A stretch of 64,000 bases of DNA from Lepidodermella squamata (GCA_047495785.1 JBLDXI010000042.1:2790001-2854000); one strand, 5' to 3'. Counted from the stretch's first letter, positions 1-13,800 are shown. Translations and numbers: made by a program. Notes: a model not told the origin generated them from the letters alone.

Positions 1-596
1 TGAAATAATTTTTTTCGAAAAATCTTACAAGAATGAGAGCTTTATTAAACCACGATTTGTTCGAATGCTATAATATAATTACCTACTTGATTTGTATATG
101 ACTCACCCGAAAAAAACTGCGTGTTTCACAGCCACTTTGAAATGCATTTTTCATTCATCAAATAAAGGACCATTTAGACACGAAATGGTTGGAAAAATCG
201 ACCAAACTCAAGGTCAGTCAGTCGCCACCGAGCTTTTTTCGCTGTGTATAACCGCCAATCTTCGTCGTTTTTTTTATCATATCCAATATAAAATAATGAT
301 AAAATAATACCGTTTTATTTGGTTTCGTCTTGACGTTTTACACACATATTATTGCCCTTTTACCTCTAATAATAGCAAAACTTTGACCCAATGTTGTTGA
401 AATGAGTCGAAATTATAAACTGGTGTAAAATTAGCGGAACCCCAGACCGTGTCGTGTGTTATTTATTTGCACTTGAGTTTTACCTGTTGTGTTGCTTTAT
501 CACAATAATTGTAAAAAAAATCCCCTACAATTTACTGTGGGAATATGATAACAATTCTGCTTGAAATTTAATTTGATTTTTACTGTGATTTTCCAG

Positions 597-3500
597 CGCG
601 AAATGCATACGAATGTCGCTGCGTTGAAAGAAGCCAACGTCATTAGCGTTGAGCTGCAAAAGCTGGTCGAGTTTCAGTACACAATTCTGACTGATACGAC
701 CTACTATCCGATTCCGCCTGACCTCATTCCAAACGCCTTGGAGGAAAAGCTGGTTTTAAATCAGGCAGCCAATCAAATTTTGTCTCCTGGTAAGCTTTTT
801 CAAATAAAAAAATTTGGAACAATTTAGGAAGATTTGCACCACTAAAATTCAAGTTCAAGTGTTTTGAGAATTCGGGGATTTCGAAATAATTTAATGTTTT
901 TTAAATTTTTTAAAATTTAATTTTTTTCCAATTTTATTATCAAATTGTAAGATTAAATTCTAACTGGTTCGTATTCAATAAAATTTCGAATTTTGAATTT
1001 TAGTGAGCACCTATGGTGGAAGCGGAGCTGGAAGTGGTCAAACTACTCCAATTGTGGCCTCTGTGACGAATCGACCCCCGGTCAGCGTAGTCGCCGTTGA
1101 AGTTAAGGACATGAAAAATCAATCCCGGCACTTCTGGCCGCTTCAAAAGCTGCGCGAGCGGTTGTCTCGCATGCGAGAACTGTACGAACGCGAGACAGAA
1201 ATAGGCATCGGCTTATCGATGGAACCTATCACAGGGTCAGACCCCTTTTACGACCGCTTCCACTGGTTCCAGCTCATAGGCCGCGGGCTGGTTTTTATCA
1301 GTAATCTACTGCTTCGAGTCAGCCTGATGCAACGAGTCACCCTAGTCGACCACCATGGCCAAGCTATTGGCACTGTAACGGTGGCTCTTCAACCTCTAGA
1401 TCCTTCCGAAGTTTCAAAAAATCCCTTTGTTCTCTCGTTCCAGCCTAAATCCGGTTCTAATAAGGTAAAAAAATCGATTGTGTTCGGTAATTCTAGAGAT
1501 TTCAAACTAATTTCTAGTCTGCTTCGAATTCACCGTCCAACTCGCCTATGACGACGGATGTTGTCGCGACGTTCCAGCCTCAGCAGGACCCGGCTTCGGC
1601 GGCTAAAAGTGCGCTTCCCGTCAAAAGCTACTTCCGCATCACTATTGTGACGCTGTGCGGTCTTTCGCCCGATTTCGCCGACGTGTTTTGCCAGTTCGGC
1701 TTCATGGGCCTTCCCGAAGCCACGTTCATGACCGATCCGCTGCGCAACGAGGAAAAAGGAGGATCGCTTGGATACTACCACAGCCAAGACGTACATTTAT
1801 TTTTCGAATTTTCAGTTATTTTTTTAGTTGGTAGAAAAATCAAAGACAATTCTTGGAGATTTTCAAATAAGTTAAATTTTGTTGGTAAATTTTTTCTGAA
1901 AATTCGAAACGCACCATTTTTGGCTAATTTTTGAAATTTGAAATTTGAAATTTGAAATTTGAATATTTTTTGAAAAATCAAATTTTAAGGTGGATTTTTT
2001 AATTTTTCAGATTGAAGTGATTTTGGACGCTGATTTTGCTGATTACGCGCGAACTAAGCCGCTAGTCATCGAAGCTTACGGGCATTACCAGGGCGCGGCA
2101 ATGTCGCCCAGCAGTGAGCTGTTCGGCTCCTATGCAAGCATCCTGCGTCAAAATAACAGCTCATCAAGCCGATTGCGAAAAGCCTCACCCGGCCAGCAAT
2201 CAGGCTCATCATTGAACAAACCGCCTATTCGCCACGGTGGGCCGGGTAAGCCTGGTTCGGGTAACAAACTACTTGCAGTGCCGCCATCGAAATCCGGCGT
2301 GAAATCGCCAAGTGGTCAGGGGAAGTCGACAAGTGGCGGGAATCCTATTCTAAGGATGGATTTGCTCGTCTGGTTTCAGATCAAAGAATTATCACCAGAT
2401 GGGTCGTATACACCGACGCCTATTGATCAAACTGAGGTGATTGCGACGCCGGCGGGTGCTGGCGGCGCTGATCCGGGTTCGTGCGGCAGCCCGGCTTCGG
2501 TTAGTTTCGGAGCTTTCATCCTACGCCACGGCATGCAACGCCGGCTATCGATCACCATCTGCCAAGAACCCGGCAGCGAGCTGGTGTTCAAAAACGTGAA
2601 AGAGCTAAGGGTGTGCCGGATCCGCAATACCCCGGACCTTGTCTCAACCAGCTCAACCGGGGACGATCACCATTTCGGGGCGAGTGATGAAAACGAAGAT
2701 CCTGAGGCGTTGTCGCTCAAAGTGTTCGCGCAGCACTACATAGCGAAGGATGAAAGCCACGGCGGGCAGAATTTGTTTCTCATTGAAGCCAACTGGGATA
2801 GCTCGATGCATAACTCGCCACTGCTCAACCGGCTGAGCCACAGCCGGGAAAATATCTACATTACGGTTGTTTGCTATCTCGAAGTTGACAAATGCGTGTA
2901 TCCGATATGCCTGCACAAAGATCTTTGCGTCACCATTCAAGCTCGCGATAAATTGTAAGTCTATATTGAATAAATTTTAAATTTTCTGAAATTCGAAAAT
3001 CAATTATATGCAAATTTGATTGATTTATATTACATTTTCTGATTTTTTCAATTATTTTAAAATTCCCAAAATTGTTGAAGGGCGAGCCATGTGAACACCC
3101 TAAATCTAGGGTTCTAGAACTGGATTTTTCGAGTTGGTCCTCCCTATATTCAATTATATTGCTATCATGCAATTTTATTGTTATCATGCCCAACTCTTAA
3201 TATTACGTAATCAATAGCAATTATCGAAATCGATATCGATTCCAATTATCGATTTTACAAATCAGTGATTTTCCGATATTGGCTGCCCTGGAAGCTAACA
3301 TTAAAAATATTCCTGCATAACTGAGGGAACCAGTAGCTAAAATACAAAATCACAGAGTCATAAGGGACATCACACAAATAAAAGACCGAAATCGGAAAAT
3401 TTAGCGCTGGAACCTCAATTTTTTGGAGCAAATATTAGGCATCATTTTGAAAAATTGAATTTTATTCAAATTTTTTATTTTTATTTCTAGATTCAATCTG

Positions 3501-5554
3501 AGATCGATAAAGAGCTGGTTTTCGAACAGCACAACTGGCATTAAAATCGAGGAGGCCAACAAAATATCTGGCGTTTTCCAGCTGAATCTATACTCGAAAG
3601 ACCAAGTACGGCGGCATTGCGTTCGGCACCGGCAAAGCGTGAAAATGGCCGAATCACCTGTGACGGCCGCCTCCGAAAAGGACCCTTACGTTAGAGGCGA
3701 GGAAAATCTCGGCGGCTGGCGGCCGAGGCGCTACTCGTTGATACTGGAGCACTTGCAGGAGGTTGAAAAGTTGAATCGGTTGGAAATGGTTGAAAAAGCG
3801 CGGCATGTTCTATTGGTTCGGGAGGCTCTATCTGATAGCAGTCGATTGGACGATATTCAAAAGCTAACCTGCCATTTGGCATGCACTTTGGCCATGTGCG
3901 CTGGCAGTAAAGAAAGCCCTCAGTAAGTTCGAATAATAAATTCAAATTTTTTTAAATTTTCTAGAAATTTGATTTAAATCTTGAAATTTCAAATTTCAAA
4001 TTTTTTAATTCAAATTCAAAGCCATATTCAAATTTCAATTCAACTTTCAAAAAGAAATTCTAATTTGTTAAAAAAATACTTTTTTTAAATTTCGAAATTT
4101 CAAAAAAAATTTAAATTAATTTTTTCACTTTGCGATAATTAATTTTGTGATTTTCGCCCTTCCAGTGCTCTCCTTGCTGCCGAAAGTGCGTCGCATCTAA
4201 TGACGACTTCAATGTCGCTAGCGTCTCTGAAAGGCCGCAAGGGCGTTTCGAACGTTTCTTTAACCGACAGCCTCATCTCCGGCGATTCAGACAGCGGGCC
4301 AGACCGCGAGAAAGAAATAGCCGCTAAATGCCTAATGGTTCTAATGCAGGGCCACTGGTCTCGGACGAAAATCAAAGAATTTATCGCGTCTAGCAATGCG
4401 ATTTGCTGGGGCAGTGGCGTCATCGAAAGCGGCCGAGATTCTTACCAAGGCTCATCAGCCGCGCCTAGTGTTGGGCCAGAAATCGCGGTGGAGGGCCGGA
4501 AACAGTCGCTAACAACCATGGAGAAGTCGAATTCGAAAGTTTTTTCCGCAAGCTCGCCGTCTCCCTCCGTCGAAGACCTGGCGATGGCTAATGACCTTGA
4601 GCAAATAGGCGCAGGGGTTCCGCCGAGAATGACAACTAGCATGACGTCTGAAGGTTTAGCCAAGGTCCTGTTTCAACGAAATAACCGGCCAACCTCCTTG
4701 ATTACCGACCCATCGTCGATGAAACCACTCAAGCCGTTTTTAGAAGCTGCCGACGATTCGATGCTGAATCCGATGAAAAAATCACGATCTTGGAATTCGT
4801 TAGCGTCGACCTTATCGCCATCTGTCAGCATGCAGGATTTGAGCATGTTAGGTCATAGATCCCGCGAGGGCTCGATAACCGGTGCCGACCGTAACAACAC
4901 CGGAATTTACGTGGCTGAACTTGAGGAAATCGCCTTGAACCCTGTTGTAGCGAAGCGAGGTGTTGTCAACGTAATCGCCTCCCAAGGCCGAGCGTGGCAG
5001 AGGTTTTGGGTAGTTGTCAGACGGCCTTATGTGTTCTTTCACCTATTGGAAACCGGCGGTAGTGAGGAATTTGTCGTCAATTTATCCCGCTGTCAAATCG
5101 AATGCGCCGAAGACCAGAAAACGAAAAATGAAAACGTTTTCGCGATGAACAACTCTTACCGGCGAGTTCTGGTTCAAACGCTGAGCGCTGAGGAGTTCTA
5201 CGACTGGCTCTACGCTGTCAGCCCGTTGCTAGCCGGGAAACTTCGGTGAGTTGAGCCGGCGTTTAGTACTTGGCCTAGATTTTTTATACCCCGTCCATTT
5301 TACAGCGAGCTTGACGCGTTTTCGGTGCCTTATAAACCCCAAAAACATGTCAGGTTTTCGTCCCAGTCTTAAGGTGACGCGTTATAGGCATTGTAGAATT
5401 TCAGTTGTCACGTTTTATCGATTTGACAACGTTTAAAGCTATTTAGGCACGTTAGCGCAGGCACTGACTTGCATTTTTTGAATTATTTTGAATAGTCTTC
5501 CTTAATTTTAATTTTTTATTTTTTTCTAGGTGTGCGAGCACTTCGTCGAGTTGA
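597..5554 (+). CDS. unc-104: Kinesin-3 KIF1A/UNC-104-like, C-terminal part (stalk, DUF3694-like region, PH domain); multi-exon, motor domain lies upstream of the window
   Basis: ORF pieces carry KIF1 signatures: [93 protein letters not shown] and the PH end [14 protein letters not shown]. Exons approx 597-789, 1003-1463, ~1518-1790, 2011-2954, 3491-3922, 4166-5245, 5530-5554 with GT-AG junctions. Confidence 0.88.
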
Positions 5555-6029
5555 TTCACAGCACGTCTAAGCTTTCTGAAAATTTTCTAAATAATCAATT
5601 TTTCTCGGTGAATCTCTGGTTGCAAAATCGAATTCCATTCAACTGAAACCGAACTACTTTTTATTGCAAACGGCAAGCCGGACTGAAAACAATAGCCAAA
5701 CACTAGCCATCCGATTGTTATTATTATGACTAAAACATAATTATTCATTGTTTTGATCTGTCATTATATTATTATTATTGCCTTATGATCTCATCGATTT
5801 GTATAATGAATCTCCTTCGTGTTTAGAGTAACAAAACTGGACCGTAAAATATTGTTTTTATAATAACCTCATTGTCTTGGTTTCATGTGCAATTTTGTCG
5901 CTAGTTTTATGATGACAAAAATATGAAAAATATCAATACGAATAAAAATGATTTATCAACAATTCATTGTTTATTTGCTTCGACTTTCGTGGTGAGAAAT
6001 ATAGACAAAATTGTAAATACTAACAAGAT

Positions 6030-6637
6030 TCAATTTGAAAGCGAGGGTTTTCCTGAGGCAATTGAGTCAAGAGATTGCTTTAGCAATTGCCCGGACAAAG
6101 CAAGAGAGGTGAAACTGACGTAACCCGAAGTTTCAACTTGAGGTTTTGAGTTCGATTCACAGCTTTCATTTTCAGGTAATACTGGAGCCGCAATTTGCCT
6201 TGACGCATCGTTGTTGAAAGTAGTGTCGATCATGGAAGGGCAAGGTTTCGGCCGAACGGCAGCTATTAGAAAACTAAAATAAAAAAAATTGGAAATAAAA
6301 TAAGTTCTTACAATTGCTAAGTTGAGGCATCTGGACAACGACTGGTTCGATTTTCGATCTTTGAGGGCATATTGTCAAATGTTCTTTGAGCTCTTCTTTC
6401 CTGAGGCAGTGTTTTGCGTTATACGGGCAGTGCGTAACTTCAACGCCAGGATAACTCTGAAATAAGCAAAACTTTTCAAATGGCCACGGCAAATCATGAA
6501 TTCTCTCATACCTCCTTGCATTTTACGAAATGGTAAGGAAAACGCTGGGCTAGAATCACGTGACTGGAATTGAAAGGACATCGGATGAACGTACCATCAT
6601 CGATGATATTTCCTCCGCCTCCAACAACGTAGCTCAT
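6030..6637 (-). CDS. GTSF1: GTSF1/Asterix-like protein with two CHHC (U11-48K-type) zinc fingers, 3 exons
   Basis: Spliced translation MSYVVGGGGNIIDDGTFIR-CPFNSSHVILAQRFPYHFVKC-KE|SYPGVEVTH-CPYNAKHCLRKEELKEHLTIC-PQR gives two tandem C-P-x-N-x-x-H-x9-H-x3-C motifs; ATG at 6637, short GT-AG introns. Confidence 0.8.
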
Positions 6638-6787
6638 TTAGAAAATAAATGCTTTTACTATTGAATGAAATGTAATAGTCCAAATTTATTCGTTCCTTTT
6701 GAACCGATTTTACTAACAAATAACCGTTCGAATAATGAAGAGGTTCAAGGTATAATAAATACATCTTTTCGAGCTATTGTGAAAGTG

Positions 6788-7724
6788 TTATTTAGCATCA
6801 CTATTGTTTGATGGCTTATTTTTCTTTGTGCCTTCGGTGAAATGCCGAATAGTTTTTTGAATCGAATCGCGCATAATGTGACTGCAAAATGAGTCGCACT
6901 CTTCGGCACGTGTCGCTTGAAAACGATCAATTGCTGACTTGCGCAGCGACATTTTGATGATTTCGTGCGAATGGCTCGGCGATTTCATCCATTCTGTAGC
7001 AACTTCGTTGGCTCTTTGAAGGACTAAATCCGGGGTGGCGACGACCTCATCAACAATACCAATTTTAGCGGCTTCCTCAGAAGTGAAACTTCTTGCAGAT
7101 TGCAACATCAATTCAGCTTGTCGAGGTCCGACCTGAAATGTTGAATGCTTGAAATTTAACATCAGAAAAGAGGCAGCAGCTCACATTGTGAATCAAAGTA
7201 TCCAGAACCCATGGAGGTGTTAACAAGCCGATTCTGCCCGCCGCTATGCCAAAAGATTTATCCATCGGGGTAGCAATGCGATAATCGCAACATAACGCTG
7301 TAACGCAGCCACCAGCCACAGCACGACCAGTAATCGCTGCGATGGTAATTTTTGGCGAGCCGTATAATTTCAACCACAGCTCTTGAAAGTTTTTGTAAAA
7401 TTCTCGTAGTCGCTCTTCTTTTGGGCTGTTCAATTCGGCCATATCAATGCCGGCACAGAATATTCCCTTTAGGGAAGACGCCAAGATGACAGAACGGATA
7501 TTTTTCGCATTCTCCAAGCGATCCCATTGAATGAGAAAATCGGTTAGGAATGGAAGGCTGAAGCTATTAGCCGGGGCATGGTTCATAGTGAAAGTTGCGA
7601 TCCCGGCTTGCTCGTTGACATCGATACTAAAATGTTGGGTTCGCACTTTGGACGAAAAATGCCGTAAATTCGCTCCATGACGCAGCAACCCAGTGAACGA
7701 GAATCGATGTAGCGCTGAATACAT
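6788..7724 (-). CDS. ECI1: Mitochondrial enoyl-CoA delta-isomerase 1-like (crotonase fold), 2 exons (7724-7185, 7132-6788)
   Basis: N-terminal presequence-like segment, then FCAGIDM, FQELWLKLYGS, AITGRAVAGGCVTALCCDYR, EEAAKIGIVDEVV. Confidence 0.85.
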
Positions 7725-8369
7725 TGAGCAAACTAAATCAACTAGTAAAGCAGAAGTATATGAAGTATGACAAGTTAAGTCTTCAATAATGATGCAGGTC
7801 GAGCCGCGTTAATAGATTGATTACAATAGAAAACAATAGCACATCGAGACAAAATAAGACTGCAAAAGTTATAAACTTTGTAAAGTACAACGCACCTTGC
7901 TTGTTGTTTACGTTGCTAAATCTGATAACTACTAAACAGGTAGGTCACCCATAATCCAGAAGGGGTCAAATCTCAAATCTCGCAATCCTAAATAGGATGG
8001 CAACTGAGCGCAGATGTCAACAGAGGAAATACAGTTTAAGCTTGAAAGGAAAGGCAAAGAAGTCGCGCTTTTGGTGACGTTTCTGCCGTGTGGATTTCTA
8101 AATCACCGCATTACCTATCACCGCATAACAGCAGGAGAGTAGGATTGAGATTCAGCATCACACAGCAATGGGGAAACAACGAAACTTGAGAGTTGAGAGT
8201 TTGAAGTGAGACTTTAATGATACACCGAAACCTGAGCAAAACACAGGTAAACGACCCTCGACCCTCGTGGAAATCGGACTAGAGGATTGCGGATTAACTA
8301 GCCTTAACCCAGCTTACAGGGACAGGCCGACAAGGCTCAAAGGTGTGCGGGACCCCCCAAGGAAAAAAA

Positions 8370-8655
8370 GCCGGATTTATGTAGGTTTGAAGTAGATTAA
8401 ATGTAGATGTGATCTACATCGAGAGAAGATTCATCTTATATGCGCCGTACATGATGCGAAGATGATGCCGACATGTTAAGAGCTTCATGTAACATGAATG
8501 TAAACATCATGTAAACATGATGTCGACATCGCACCTACATCCCTGAAGCATTCAATGCTTTTGCAACTTCATATCATCAACATGATGTTTACATGACATC
8601 TACATAGCATCTCCATGTTACCTACACGAGGTGCTGATGATAACTACATGTGATA
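8370..8655. repeat. Left subterminal repeat array of the CACTA element
   Basis: Many degenerate copies, in both orientations, of ATGTAGATG / CATCTACAT / TGTAAACATG motifs. Confidence 0.75.
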
Positions 8656-8969
8656 AAGTTCAATCTCCCGGGCGTTATGAGCTGTTGTTCCTTCACTCGT
8701 CCTGCACCTATTCCTATTACCGCCACTGGCTACTCCTTCCTACCGAGCGACCAGATACATTGTTTACCAGAAGCACGGCTTTCATAAAAAGATCTAAGTG
8801 AAATAGAAAGAAAGGAACTGTCAATGAGCAATTCTTTGATTATTTAATTCATTGGCACAAGGAAATCATACGGAAAATAAAAAAGAGATCAGAAAAAAAA
8901 CAAAAAATAATCACATAAATAAATCATGAATGAATCAACTGAGCAGTTCGGTTCTGGCAGGTTTACCCA

Positions 8970-10069
8970 TCAATTCGTGTCTTTATCGTCGTCTTCATCG
9001 ATCTCGACGAACTTGATCTTTCTTGCTCGAGCGAGACGCATGACTTTAGCTCCTTCCGTCCGATCTTTGTTAGCAGCCGAGCGGGACGCAGCAACGTTCA
9101 CGGCCTTGATGCAACGCCGCAACTGATCTGGACCGATGCCTTTGTAGATCTTTTCGATGGTAACTGAAAAACATAAGACATAGACAGAAAACGAATCATT
9201 TTCATTTCATTCGAGCGATAACAAAATCAAGCAACAAATTATTTACAATTACTTACTTTGCCAAATATCTGGTCGCTTATCGTCGGCGGGGAAAGGCGGG
9301 CGATCTGCAGACCTTTCGGCATAAGCCGGAAACAATAAAAAGCGGCCGAAATCGGTCCCGAATATAATCTTTGCTGTCTCTACGGACACCTTCGCCCAGT
9401 CGTTAGCCGTCGTAACCAGTCGGCGCAATAGGAAAAAGATGTCGACCTTTTGACCACTTGGCATAGTGATGATCTAATAATTGCAACGATGATGATTCGA
9501 TAACATTATTGATTTCTAACTCACGTAAGGACCCACGATTTCGCCTTTCATTTTCTGTAAAGAAAAAAACATAAAGATGGAACTAAGAGTGCAATCAACT
9601 TCGGAAATCACCTTAGCAGACGACGGAGGCTGTTGCTGCTCCTGTTGATGCTGCGGTTGCTGTTGCTGCTGCGGTTGATCGTCAGGTAAGTCTAAATTTG
9701 CGCCAGCAGGCTGCTAAAAGAAAACGAAAAGAGAATCTATTTCACTCAGTTAAACTTCAATACATACTTCGTCACTGGCTTCATGTTGCATCACAATCTA
9801 CATAACGATATTAAAGATTGATCACAGATCCTTAACAAAGCTTACTTCAATAAACGACGCCGATGATGAAGAGGGTTGATCCAATCTGGACTGATGCTGA
9901 GTGTTGCTCACCTAGATGCGGACAAAAATGAAAATAAACAACGCTACAAAAAGCGTCAGGTCAGACAAACGTTTTCAATAGTACGCCCACCAACTTTTCG
10001 CGTCTTCCTTTTCAGTAGCTCAGAGATATTCTCAACTTCGATAATTTTATGACTGCTCTTATTTGCCAT
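8970..10069 (-). CDS. Transposon ORF2: 7-exon accessory protein with a Q-rich linker and a possible C-terminal BEN-like DNA-binding domain
   Basis: Manual splicing gives an open frame MANKSSHKIIEVEN...|VSNTQH...|IVMQHEASDE|QPAGA...QQQQ...AK|KMKGEIVGPY|IITMPSGQKVDIFFLLRRL...IIFGTDFGRF...RPPFPADD...IWQ|ITIEKIYKG...LRRCIKAVNVAASRS...*, with ~50-90 nt GT-AG introns. The BEN call is pattern resemblance only. Confidence 0.65.
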
Positions 10070-10899
10070 GGCCACTACAATTTGCGTGAAAAAAGCAAAT
10101 CACCTATATGTGACAGGTAAACAACAAATAGACTAAGAGAAAAATCTCTATTAATAATACGAATAATGCCACCAAGGCTCAAAGAAATAGAAACATGTTC
10201 GCACAGAGTTTTATATAATGGGAAATCGAAAATTCAAAGGTCGAAGTTCGTTGAAACACGTCAATGGCTAGCCAGTATAGCAAAAAATAGGTGGCCTACA
10301 ACTGACAAGACAACTGATAGGGTGTCACATTTCCTCAACCAAAACAAATCATGTATGAAAAATGAGAAATAAAAATTTATCATTGAGCAGGATCAACAAG
10401 GAACACGTTTTAACTTTTAACTATAGGAACACAACATGCCTGATAGCTGTTTCTGAAAGCAATTTCAACAATGAATACCGAAACCATATCGAATATTGCG
10501 CAATAAAAAATTCTAAAAAATTCTGAGCAAGTTCGAGTATCAGATTGAGTCGTTCAAGTATAATCGTTATGATTGTTATTATTTCATCAGAGCGCTGCTG
10601 AGAATTGGCGCGTCCCGCTTGTTACCCCGGTCTCACGCCGCAATTTTCCTGTGACAGCTGAAGTGACAATTAGCGAGGTGCTGTTTCTTTTGAAACTGGC
10701 GAGGTTTGTTTAAGAATTACAGCACCTTGCAGGCCGATGTATATTTATATATAGGCATCACAGTAATGACAAACTCAAGAAATCTATCACAAATTGAGAT
10801 TGAATTCAAGAGATGAAGTCGTTCGATGTCAAAACAAAACTAGAGAAGACAGAGCTTGGTAAGAGCAGAGAAAAGTTCATTTCAAAATAGCGAAATTTA

Positions 10900-13800
10900 T
10901 CAATTTTCCTCATCAAGATGCCAAGGTATTGCGTAGCATTGGTTTTGGTTGACATGCGACGATGGCAGGAAAACCACTCGTTCCTTTGTGATATTAACAT
11001 CCAAGTCGACACGCAGGGCAAAGTAAGGCTGGTCGCGATTTGCTGCGATATTGCCCACAAGGTAACAGCGGGCAGCTCGGCGAGCTCGAGCGTTATTCGC
11101 AAACTCGTTCAAAAGGCCGTGTAGCAGCTCGTCATGCTCGTGACTTTGATGTTCAGGAAACTGCATCACGCGATTGAGCATTACATCGGCCTGCAAGATG
11201 CTGTAATTCTTAAACAAGGCGTAAACCTCGCCAGCTTCACCGTAAAAGAAACACAGCACCTCGCCAATTGTCACTTCAGCTGTCACAGGATGGTCGAAAA
11301 TTACGGCGTGAGACCGGGGTAACAAGCGGGGCGCGCCAATTCGCAGCATGCGACCATCATAACGCTGATGGAATAATTGCGCCGTGCCGAAAAATCCAAA
11401 AATCGCTGGCAACGCGTTAATGTTCAACGCCAATAACACAGCTTCGATCGCTGGATCATCCAGCATGTACAAAGGGACAGTGTTCGTCAGCGTACCATGG
11501 CGTTCAGTAGCGTAAGGGCGATTGATTAGCTGGAAATAAGCGAATCGCGTCATAATTTGAGACGCCTGGCCACGCGTCCCGTTAAATGCGCGTGTAAACC
11601 ATGACAACGCACCTTCACTGAAAAACAGTGAGAGCCAACCAATCGAACCGTGTCGAGCAGCAGCCCTTGCCAGGTGACCCAGGGAATGCAAAAGGTAAGT
11701 TTCAAGGCGAAGGCCGCCGCAGAGGCGAGGGAAGCAGTAGCGGAACCTTTCGATAAGAGACGATGCAGAGGAAATGTCAGCGAGTCGTTGAGCCTCGTTA
11801 TCCTCAACCTCATCGATGTCCAGCAAAAGTCGCATGGCAACTTGAAAAGTTAAAAACAGCATTACGTAGGCGGGCGTCATTTGATCGAGAAGCAAACTCG
11901 GACTAAGCGTGACACCAAAATATTTGTAGTGTTTCGCGTGGAAATTTTTAGCCACGTATTTCTCCTCGATCGATTCGATGCGCGTACCGGTTAGCTGTAA
12001 CGGCACGTGCGTGTTGAGTAATCGCCTTTTCATTTGCCGGTGTTGAACAGGTGAAATAAGATCCTGGTTATGAACCACGCATAATAGCAGAGACTTAGCT
12101 GAACCTTCCCAGCCGATGTGCATCGGATCACCTGGTGTATCATAAGGCGCCTGAACACCTTTTTCGGCCAAAGCTAACGGCTGCGGAGACGGCTTAACAC
12201 CGTGGTTGGGTGGATCACCGGGTTGCATAGTTGCAGCAACTTCAACAATTTCGTTATCGCCTCTCAGCGGGTATGTACCCGCGACTTCGTATGGCATTTT
12301 AAATGCACGGAATTCGTTCATATAAATAGCAGGCTGATGACAATCAGGGCAGGGATGCTCTGAATTATGTGGAGTCATATTCAGAGCATCAGACCTAGCC
12401 GGAGTATCGCCGACAAAAATGTCGAGGCTAACCGTAACACGAAACACAGCGTGCTCATCAAACCGCATGATTTGGCCTTGGCCCCGAAATCTGTCCAATT
12501 GTCGAAGACACTGACGCAAAAATAACTGCATGTCGGGCTTTGATGTTCCTTGCCACAGGCCAAGCACGACGAGACATGCAGGGTTCGCACGGCAGTACTT
12601 TGGTAGGCACTGCACTGAGGCGGTAGAAGGCCAAATGCTTACGTTGCCGCGCTTGCCGATCGGAGCACCGTCAGCATTCAATCGCAGGGCTACGTCTTGA
12701 TGGATGATAGTGCCTGGTGGTCTCGGCTCTGCAGTGTTCACATCAAGTAAGAATTCACGTAATACAACAAAAATCTGCCAGGCGAGCGATGGAAGTATTA
12801 TGTAAGCAACTCGCCCAGGGCGCGGGTTGGGGTCGGGGCAGCCTTGAGCTTCTCTCGGACAACGACCATTGGCCAACGGGTAACAGCAGTGAGCGCACAT
12901 TTTAGTCTTCGTCATGCGAGCATCGCCGAACATTTCTTTGATGCGCTTGTGGAGTAAGTAATAAGAGCCAGGTACATCAGCACCAGCAGGAGCATGACGA
13001 CGTACCATGTCGATAGCCATGTTCATTTGACGCTTGGACAACCCAGTTTGCTCCAGCTCCCATAGATCGAGATAAGCATTTGGTTGGCGTTCAGCGCCGT
13101 CGGGTGGATGAATGTGGATCCAAGAGCGAACGGTTTCGTGAAAATCGAAATCGACACGAATGCCATCACCGTTATTGTTATTGTTAGGATTCGGAGCTCC
13201 ATCGCCACCATCATCATCATCCTCATCATCACCACCACTCTCCTCGTCCGCGTCATCTTGGTCATCATCATCATAGCCACCGTCACCACCACCGCCAGCT
13301 CCAGGAGCAAGCGCTTGGTGGAATTCGAGCTCGTCATCGCTGCTCATTGAGCGTCCTTCGTCGTCGTCACCATTATCGCTATCGCCAAGTCCAGCCGGGT
13401 CGTGACCGGCAACGTTTTGACCCAGCGGAGAGGACTCTTCATAGCTGGACTCGAAACAAAATTCACCTGGGAGATCAACAAAAACATGGGATGCATGAGA
13501 TGAAAGTCTAACTAATGCATACCATTATCAAGCAGCGCTGAAGAATTGTTAGCTTGAGTTGGCGGCAATGAGGCACGACTGTTTGGTTCTACACAGATTG
13601 AGAAATAAATGAATAAACCATAGAGAATAGAGTTACCAGAGATGAAACTCCTATTGGAAACTTGAAGTTTTAATTCTTTTGGCGATTTTCGTAAATTTTA
13701 ATTATGGCGGATCTTTTTGAAACTGGCGCATACATGTTTACATGTAAAACAAGGGTGTTTTCCGCGCGCTATCCCCAAAATAGCTCATCTTGGAATTCCG

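Noticed and set aside
8304-8320. TTAA-CCC, a possible piggyBac end
   Set aside because: No matching GGG-TTAA inverted end was found on the other side of the CACTA insertion.
6030-8356. Functional link between the GTSF1-like gene and the neighbouring transposon
   Set aside because: GTSF1 lies outside the TIRs with ECI1 in between; proximity alone is not evidence.
8370-8655. CRISPR-like or satellite array
   Set aside because: The repeats are short, degenerate, in both orientations and without unique spacers; they are CACTA subterminal repeats in a eukaryotic context.
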